Virus record (IMG/VR): IMGVR_UViG_2915242197_000001
Span: 1 to 34,740 of that record
Source of the DNA: a virus
DNA: 34,740 bases
Strand: one strand, 5' to 3'
The notes beneath the pieces were generated by a model. That model saw only the letters and a list, made by a program, of their open reading frames with translations. It made no database searches and was not told the origin of the DNA. How positions within the stretch are numbered: position 1 is the stretch's first letter; each line of letters opens with the position of its first letter. The position numbers and the translations under genes are program-made. Of the stretch, positions 1-5,691 are shown piece after piece.

Positions 1-127
1 ATTGGGGACCGATCAAAGAATTTTTCGGCGGCATTTGGGACGGCGTGAAGGCCGCCTTTGCCGGCGGTATTAGCGGCATCGGCGCGCTTATCGTGAACTG
101 GTCCCCGCTCGGCCTGTTCTACCAGGG
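1..127. repeat. Terminal overlap, identical to 34614..34740 (circular-contig signature)
   Basis: Read base by base: 'attggggaccgatcaaagaattttt...ctgttctaccaggg' occurs at both ends. The reading frame of the tape measure gene is preserved across the join (45 corresponds to 34658, which is in frame with the ATG at 32708). Confidence 0.95.
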
Positions 128-1007
128 ATTCGCGGCCGTGATGTCCTGGTTTGGCGTGGAAATGCCGGCGAAGTTTTCGACCTTCGGCGCGAATATTCTT
201 ACTAGCCTGGGCAACGGAATTTCTAGCGGCCTGGACAGCGTTAAGGCATTCTTCGGCGGATTTTGGGACGGCGTAAAGGCGACCTTTGACGGCGGCATAG
301 GCAGTATCAACGCGCTTATCCTGAACTGGTCCCCGCTCGGCCTGTTCTACCAGGGCTTCGCGGCCGTGATGTCCTGGTTTGGCGTGGAAATGCCGGCGAA
401 GTTTTCGACCTTCGGCGCGAATATCTTGGATGGCCTGGTCAACGGCATCACTAGCCGCCTTGGCGCAGTCAAAGACGCGATCGTAGGCGCTGGCGAAAGC
501 GCCGTCGCCTGGTTCAAAGAGAAGCTGGGCATTCACTCGCCTAGCCGCGTATTTGGCGAGCTGGGCGGCTTTATCAGCCAGGGCGCGGCCATCGGCATCG
601 ACGACCAGAAAGCGGCGGTAGCCAAGGCGTCGTTGGCCCTTGCCGTGACGGCGGCCGGCGCGTTCAACTCGCCGGCGCTGGCCCAGGCCGCGCAGCTCGG
701 CACAAACCTGGCACAAGGCGTCCAGGTGCAGATGGCCACGGCCGGCCAGCTCGCCGCGCCGCTGGGCCAGGCCGCGCCACAGGTAGGCAACCAAGTTCCG
801 ATCGATCGCCGTAGTTCGGTACTGACGCCCCAGGCTTCGCCAGGCGCTGCCAGTGCTGCGCCGGCGGCGGCCGCACCTAACTACACGATCCAGATTACCG
901 CCGCACCTGGCATGGACCCGCAAGCGATCGCGCGCGCCGTTTCGGCCGAGCTGGACCGCCGCGAGCGGGCGAAGCAATCCCGCGCCATTTCGCGCCTGAC
1001 CGATTAA
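1..1007 (+). CDS. T: Tail tape measure protein, C-terminal part (continuation of 32708..34740 across the circular junction)
   Basis: It is in frame with the open frame that runs off the window end. It sits between E/E' and U as in P2. The product is Ala/Gly-rich with hydrophobic repeats, and the stop is at 1005-1007. Confidence 0.9.
   Translation, partial: WGPIKEFFGGIWDGVKAAFAGGISGIGALIVNWSPLGLFYQGFAAVMSWFGVEMPAKFSTFGANILTSLGNGISSGLDSVKAFFGGFWDGVKATFDGGIGSINALILNWSPLGLFYQGFAAVMSWFGVEMPAKFSTFGANILDGLVNGITSRLGAVKDAIVGAGESAVAWFKEKLGIHSPSRVFGELGGFISQGAAIGIDDQKAAVAKASLALAVTAAGAFNSPALAQAAQLGTNLAQGVQVQMATAGQLAAPLGQAAPQVGNQVPIDRRSSVLTPQASPGAASAAPAAAAPNYTIQITAAPGMDPQAIARAVSAELDRRERAKQSRAISRLTD
12..467 (+). 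repeat. In-frame tandem duplication (2 x 228 bp = 2 x 76 aa) inside the tape measure gene
   Basis: Copy 1 is 12-239 and copy 2 is 240-467. The cores 96-196 and 324-424 are identical except for one base (128 a vs 356 c), and the flanks are diverged. Protein: ...FFGG(I/F)WDGVKA.F.GGI....ALI.NWSPLGLFYQGFAAVMSWFGVEMPAKFSTFGANIL... appears twice. Confidence 0.95.
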
Positions 1008-1022
1008 CCGAGAAAGAAAAGC

Positions 1023-1445
1023 ATGTTGATGTCCCTGGATCAATTCGTATTCGGCCTGGATACCCTGGCCTACGACGCGCTGCAACGGCAAACCCGCTGG
1101 AAGCATCGCAACACGTCCCGCGTGGGCGCGCGCGATGCCTTCCAGTTTCTCGGCCCTGGCGACGAAACAATCAGCCTCACCGGCGTTGTGACGCCGGAAA
1201 TGACAGCAACGGGGGACTTGTCCGCGTTGCAGGACTTGCGCGATATGGCCGACGAGGGCGAGGCCTATGTCCTGGTTGACGGTGCGGGATATGTGTACGG
1301 CGCGTTCGTGGTTGAAATGATGGGCGAGAATCAGACCTACCACGACCAAGACGGCATTCCGCGCAAAGTCGAATTCACCATCGGCCTTACTCGCGTCCCT
1401 GATACGCAACTGAGCGAGCAGGAGCAAGGGGAGGCAGAGGAATGA
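1023..1445 (+). CDS. U: Tail protein U (P2 gpU family)
   Basis: The 140-aa product starts MLMSLDQFVFGLDTLAYDALQRQTRW, which is typical of gpU. It lies between T and D. Confidence 0.85.
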   Translation: MLMSLDQFVFGLDTLAYDALQRQTRWKHRNTSRVGARDAFQFLGPGDETISLTGVVTPEMTATGDLSALQDLRDMADEGEAYVLVDGAGYVYGAFVVEMMGENQTYHDQDGIPRKVEFTIGLTRVPDTQLSEQEQGEAEE

Positions 1446-2479
1446 AACAGCCGACCCCTGCATTTACCATTACCCTGGACGGGAAGGATTTAACGAGCAA
1501 GGTAGAGCCGCGCTTGATAAGCCTAACCATCACCGAATGCCGAGGCGGTGAGGCCGACACCCTGGACCTGGTGTTAGACGACGCAGACGGCAAGCTGTCC
1601 ATTCCGCCGCGCGGCGCGGTGCTGGCTGTCTCGATCGGATGGGATGGCGAAGGCCTGGTCGACAAGGGAACATTCACCGTTGACGAGACAGAACACAGCG
1701 GCGCACCAGACATCATCACCGTGCGCGGCCGCTCCGCCTCGATGACGAAGGAAATGGGCGAGCGCCAGGAGAAAAGCTGGCACCAAAAGACCGTGGGCGA
1801 CATCGTGAAAACTATCGCGGCAAAGCACAAGCTCAAGCCCGTTGTGGGCGACGCCCTGGCGAAAATCGCTATCCCGCACATCGACCAAACGCACGAGTCC
1901 GATATGTCGTTCTTGACGCGCCTAGCGAAGCGCTACGATGCGACGATGACCGTCAAGGAAAGCAATTTGCTGTTTATGCCGATCGGCAAGGGCGTGAGCG
2001 CCGGCGGCAAGGATTTGCCTGTCATCGAAATCACGCGGGCCGATGGCGACCAGCACCGCTACCACGTCGCAGAACGGGAAAGCTATGAAGGGGTGAAAGC
2101 CTTCTATCGCGGCACCGGGCGCGCGAAGCGCAAGGAGCTGGTAATGGGCGGCGAGAACAACCGCAATATCAAGGTGCTGCCGGAAGTCTACGCAACCGAA
2201 GCCGAGGCACGCGCGGCGGCAAAATCCGAGCTGACCAGGTGTAAGCGCGGCCAAGCCACCATGAATTATTCCCTGGCATTGGGGCGAGGCGAGATCCGGC
2301 CCGAGCTGCCGGCGTATGTGTCCGGGTTCAAGGACGAGATTGACGCCACGCCCTGGCTGGTGAAGCGCGCAACGCACACAATCAGCGACCAGGGTTTTCT
2401 TACCGGCCTGGAACTGGAAATGCGCGACGATCCGGCCAGCGCGCGGCACCGGACCAACTTCCGCCGGCCAGGTAAATGA
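1442..2479 (+). CDS. D: Late control / tail protein D (P2 gpD family)
   Basis: 345 aa. The ATGA start overlaps the U stop. The N-terminus PAFTITLDGKDLTSKVEPRLISLTITE...ADTLDLVLDD is characteristic of phage late control D proteins. Confidence 0.9.
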   Translation: MKQPTPAFTITLDGKDLTSKVEPRLISLTITECRGGEADTLDLVLDDADGKLSIPPRGAVLAVSIGWDGEGLVDKGTFTVDETEHSGAPDIITVRGRSASMTKEMGERQEKSWHQKTVGDIVKTIAAKHKLKPVVGDALAKIAIPHIDQTHESDMSFLTRLAKRYDATMTVKESNLLFMPIGKGVSAGGKDLPVIEITRADGDQHRYHVAERESYEGVKAFYRGTGRAKRKELVMGGENNRNIKVLPEVYATEAEARAAAKSELTRCKRGQATMNYSLALGRGEIRPELPAYVSGFKDEIDATPWLVKRATHTISDQGFLTGLELEMRDDPASARHRTNFRRPGK

Positions 2480-2514
2480 CCGTCTAAAAAACCTTGGCTT
2501 TATTGACACTCAAC

Positions 2515-2542
2515 AGAAAGGGGCGAAATCGCCCCTTTTCTT
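2515..2542 (+). terminator. Rho-independent terminator after D
   Basis: AGAAAGGGGCG-AAAT-CGCCCCTTTTCT hairpin followed by a T-rich run. It is nested inside an outer inverted repeat, GACACTCA (2505-2512) / TGAGTGTC (2548-2555). Confidence 0.7.
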
Positions 2543-2580
2543 CGTCCTGAGTGTCTAAAAACTATGTCTAGTTTTCTATG

Positions 2581-2586
2581 TATAAT
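2581..2586 (+). promoter_or_regulatory. Consensus TATAAT -10 hexamer upstream of 2631 gene (possible promoter)
   Basis: A perfect TATAAT lies 45 bp upstream of the ATG at 2631. No good -35 was seen. Confidence 0.35.
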
Positions 2587-2630
2587 AAACCTTGTTTTCA
2601 TTTGATTTTTATACAAAGGGAATTATCGTT

Positions 2631-3332
2631 ATGCGTAACGTCAAAATTCGCGGCCGCCATATCGTCGCATCCATGCGTGCGCCCACTTCGTCGCTGCGGC
2701 TCTGGCTCAACGAAAAGGCCAGAACCGCCACCGGAAAGGATGCCGAATTTATCGGGCAAGTGCGCCAGCTCCTGGACGATCCCGCCGGCCGTGATATAGG
2801 CGCTTGCGGCGCTTGTGACGTGCCGGTGCTACTACCCCAGCCACCCGAGCCTGGCGAGCGCCTGTGCGCCGCGTGCGAGGCCGTGTCGGGGCAAATGGAT
2901 GTGGAAGAAGCGGCCAAGGCCCAGCAGGGAAACAAAAAGCGCTTGATACGCCTATTCGTGGACGGCCAGGAGTTCCCCGGCGAGATAACCGAATTCACCG
3001 CGCCGGCACGGCTGCAGCCCGACTGGCCGCAATGGTTGAGCGTGGGCTATGCGGCCCCGATCGACGCCGCGCAGTTCTTTGGCGAATTCACGCCCGCGCC
3101 AGTGACACCGCTCGATGACCTGGCGCGCGAATACTACGAGCGCACCGAGGCCTACGACCGCACGGTATGTACCGGCCCAATACGCGACGGCAGCATCATG
3201 CCGGCGACCGCGCGCGAGCAAAGCCTTATCAACCGCCACGCCACCGACTTGCTGCGCGAGCTGCGCCAGCGCGCCGAACGCCTGGGCTACACCAGGAACG
3301 ACTTACGCCAGGCCATGAGGAACTACAAATGA
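2631..3332 (+). CDS. Hypothetical protein with C4 zinc-ribbon motif (CGAC-x16-CAAC)
   Basis: The ATG at 2631 is preceded by AAAGGGA. The product contains CGACDVPVLLPQPPEPGERLCAAC, a spacing like TraR/DksA-type fingers. Its stop overlaps the ATG of the recombinase (ATGA at 3329). Confidence 0.65.
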   Translation: MRNVKIRGRHIVASMRAPTSSLRLWLNEKARTATGKDAEFIGQVRQLLDDPAGRDIGACGACDVPVLLPQPPEPGERLCAACEAVSGQMDVEEAAKAQQGNKKRLIRLFVDGQEFPGEITEFTAPARLQPDWPQWLSVGYAAPIDAAQFFGEFTPAPVTPLDDLAREYYERTEAYDRTVCTGPIRDGSIMPATAREQSLINRHATDLLRELRQRAERLGYTRNDLRQAMRNYK

Positions 3333-3976
3333 ATCTCGATATCATCAGCGGCGGCATGCGCATAGGCTACGCCCGAGTTTCGACCGTAGACCAGAATTTA
3401 GACCTTCAACGCGACGCCCTGACGCGCTCGGGATGCGCGCAGATTTACCAGGACAAGGCCAGCAGCCGCACCACCAAGGCGCGCCCGGAGCTGGAGAACA
3501 TGCGCCGCGCGCTGCGGCCTGGCGACACCCTGGTTGTGTGGCGGCTCGATCGACTGGGCGGCAACGTCAACGACCTAATCACCATCGTCAACGAATTGAT
3601 GGCCGCCGGCATTGAGTTTGAAAGCCTGACCGAAAGCATAGACACCAAGACGCCGCACGGCCGCATGTTCTTTACCGTCATGGCGGCTATGAACCAGTAC
3701 CGGCTCGATGTCATCCATGAAAACACGATGGCCGGATTGAAGGCGGCCAGGGCGCGCGGCCGCGTCGGCGGGCGGCCGCCGGCGCTCGATGAAAAGGGCG
3801 TGAGCGACGCCAAGGCGATGATTTCCGGCGGCATGACGATGGCCGATGTTGCCGCGCGCCTGAACATCAGCCGCGCGACGCTGTACAACACGCTGAACCG
3901 GGCCGAGGCCGCAGACGCAAAAACGGCCGCGAGTGCGGCCGAGGTAAAGGGGACGAAGAAAAAGAAAGCTGGTTAG
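3329..3976 (+). CDS. Small serine recombinase (resolvase/invertase family)
   Basis: It has the N-terminal catalytic motif MRIGYARVSTVDQNLDLQ, then RLDRLGGN, and a C-terminal HTH (MTMADVAARLNISRATLYNTL). An alternative start is at 3356. The longer track ORF starting at 3167 is upstream read-through. Confidence 0.9.
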   Translation: MNLDIISGGMRIGYARVSTVDQNLDLQRDALTRSGCAQIYQDKASSRTTKARPELENMRRALRPGDTLVVWRLDRLGGNVNDLITIVNELMAAGIEFESLTESIDTKTPHGRMFFTVMAAMNQYRLDVIHENTMAGLKAARARGRVGGRPPALDEKGVSDAKAMISGGMTMADVAARLNISRATLYNTLNRAEAADAKTAASAAEVKGTKKKKAG

Positions 3977-4632
3977 AAGACGCGGGAAATTTTCGACTGG
4001 CAGAATCCGATAACCTCTATCGAATCGCCGCCTTCGGGCGGTATCACATCAACCGCGTAAGAGGTATTTTCATAGCTTACGCGGGTTGCCCCTCGTACCA
4101 TGCGCTGCAACCTGGCGACGCGCAGCACGTCACCAAAGCGCACCAGGTAGACGCCATCCGTGTTGCGCGGGCGGCGATCGATCACCATGTATTGACCGTC
4201 ATCGATCGTGCCAAGCATCGCGTCACCGCATGCGCGCACGATCATGGTTTCGCCGGCGGATAGCCCTTGTTCATCCATGAGCGCGCGCGGCACCGTGACG
4301 AACGAGGGCGCGCTCGCGCCGGCTACCAGGTACGTGCGCATATCGAACAGCGGCAAGGCAATGCCGCCGGAATCTATCCCTTCTGTAATGGTGTTTTCGA
4401 CATCCTCCGTTGTAAACCCACCACGCCCTAGTATCAGCCAGTCAAGGCTGCACGCCTTACGAATTGCAATCTTTATGCACTCCGCAATCGGCGTTGTTTC
4501 GCGCGACTTCCAAACGGCTGGCGCGCTCTTGGATATCTCCAAGTACGCAGCCAGCTCTATGTCTTTCTGGACGCCTACCGCCAGCTTCATTCTGTCCACC
4601 ACGGCGGCGACGTCGATCTTTTCGTTGTCCAT
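3973..4632 (-). CDS. CI-type prophage repressor: N-terminal HTH plus C-terminal LexA/S24-like domain with degenerate catalytic residues
   Basis: The ATG at 4632 is more likely than the track's TTG start at 4653. The C-terminal half aligns by eye to the S24 fold: GDAM where LexA and lambda CI have G(D/M)SM, and LRVARL where they have V(T)VKRL / FTFKKL. The gene is divergent from an RHH gene. Confidence 0.8.
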   Translation of the reverse strand: MDNEKIDVAAVVDRMKLAVGVQKDIELAAYLEISKSAPAVWKSRETTPIAECIKIAIRKACSLDWLILGRGGFTTEDVENTITEGIDSGGIALPLFDMRTYLVAGASAPSFVTVPRALMDEQGLSAGETMIVRACGDAMLGTIDDGQYMVIDRRPRNTDGVYLVRFGDVLRVARLQRMVRGATRVSYENTSYAVDVIPPEGGDSIEVIGFCQSKISRVF

Positions 4633-4692
4633 TGTTCTTAGAAAAAGTTTCAAAAAGTAATCTCAACCTAATGCTCGCCAGCAAATAACGGG

Positions 4693-4754
4693 TTACAATT
4701 TACATATTGCAACACAGTGACACACACTATTACATTATGCAAACGACAATGCAA
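4693..4754. promoter_or_regulatory. Immunity switch region with repeated operator-like motif TTACATWWTGCAA
   Basis: TTACATATTGCAA (4700-4712) and TTACATTATGCAA (4730-4742) lie 30 bp apart, with related TTACAA (4693-4698) and ACAATGCAA (4746-4754). The region sits between the divergent repressor and RHH genes. Confidence 0.5.
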
Positions 4755-4901
4755 TCGAAACCTACCCGCGTACCGATCCCGTTAAGCGAGAAAGAACGCA
4801 AGCAACTCAAGGGCATGGCGGCAAAGGAGATTCGTAGCGAATCTGCGATGGCGCGCATTATCTATCTCGCTGGCCTGAAGCAACTTTCCGAAAAGAAGTA
4901 G
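4737..4901 (+). CDS. Ribbon-helix-helix protein, Cro/Apl-equivalent by position
   Basis: RVPIPLSEKERKQLKGMAAKEIRSESAMARIIYLAGL fits a beta-strand/helix/helix RHH pattern. It is the first gene of the rightward early operon. The start (4737 or 4749) is uncertain and no clear SD was seen. Confidence 0.6.
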   Translation: MQTTMQSKPTRVPIPLSEKERKQLKGMAAKEIRSESAMARIIYLAGLKQLSEKK

Positions 4902-4980
4902 TTTTCCTATCTACATTTCCGTTTGACAACAAGTAGAAAGGGCTGGGGAGCGCCTTCTACATGACCAGGAAAAACACACT

Positions 4981-5250
4981 ATGAGCATGAGAATTTCTAT
5001 CCCCTGCCCCCATTGCGACGCCCGTGCAACCGCACGCAGCAGCCGGCAACTATCTAAAACCCTTCGGGAAATCTACTACCAATGCACCGACGTGGAATGC
5101 GGCCACACCTTCGTCGCCAGCCTGGAAGCCACGCGCACGCTGTCGCCATCCTCCAAGCCGCGAACCGAAGTGCGCTTGCCTCTGTCGCCGGCTGTCGTGC
5201 ACCGAGTAATGCACCAGCTCGAATTACAGGGATTAACCCCTAGCACATGA
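4981..5250 (+). CDS. ogr: Ogr/Delta-family zinc-finger late transcription activator
   Basis: CPHC-x22-CTDVEC matches the Ogr CX2CX22CX4C signature exactly. It is a small basic protein. Confidence 0.85.
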   Translation: MSMRISIPCPHCDARATARSSRQLSKTLREIYYQCTDVECGHTFVASLEATRTLSPSSKPRTEVRLPLSPAVVHRVMHQLELQGLTPST

Positions 5251-5273
5251 TACTAACTCAATACTGAATCAAT

Positions 5274-5597
5274 ATGAATACAATAGCACTCTCGCCCCTG
5301 GCGCTCGCGTTCCTGCAACAACACGAAGGCGAACACCTAGCGCACGAAACCGAGCGCCTGGTGGAGCGCTGCACCGCCCACCTGGTAGAAACCGGCATGT
5401 GCTCGGCCAGCTCGGCGCGCGATATCACCATGCAAGCGCTGGGCGAGCTGAGCGCGCGCCGCCGCATCGGGCATATCGATTGCACCAGGACCACCAGCTT
5501 TACTCTGTTCCTGATCGACTCCCAGGGCCAGCGCCGCGCCCTCACGATCGCCGCCCTTCTCGCCCTGATCGAAGCGCCGGTAGTCACCGCCGCCTAA
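5274..5597 (+). CDS. Hypothetical protein (107 aa)
   Basis: Third-codon positions are GC-rich, like the neighbouring genes. It lies in the early operon between ogr and the primase-helicase. Confidence 0.55.
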   Translation: MNTIALSPLALAFLQQHEGEHLAHETERLVERCTAHLVETGMCSASSARDITMQALGELSARRRIGHIDCTRTTSFTLFLIDSQGQRRALTIAALLALIEAPVVTAA

Positions 5598-5691
5598 ACC
5601 ACTTTCCACCAGTACCACCAGCATCGCCGCCACCAGGCGGCGATATGCCGTGCGCCTGGCAGTAAACCGAGCATCAAGGAATCACCGCAAC

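Noticed and set aside
3329-3976. Serine recombinase as a Gin/Cin/Hin-type tail-fibre invertase.
   Set aside because: It is about 23 kb from the fibre genes. I saw no inverted crossover sites flanking the fibre module, and there are no alternative fibre C-termini in inverted orientation.
4902-4980. TTGACA at 4923-4928 and TCTACAT repeats upstream of ogr as a dedicated ogr promoter/operator.
   Set aside because: There is no acceptable -10 at 16-18 bp spacing, and the repeats are short (7 bp) and could be chance. It is left unannotated.
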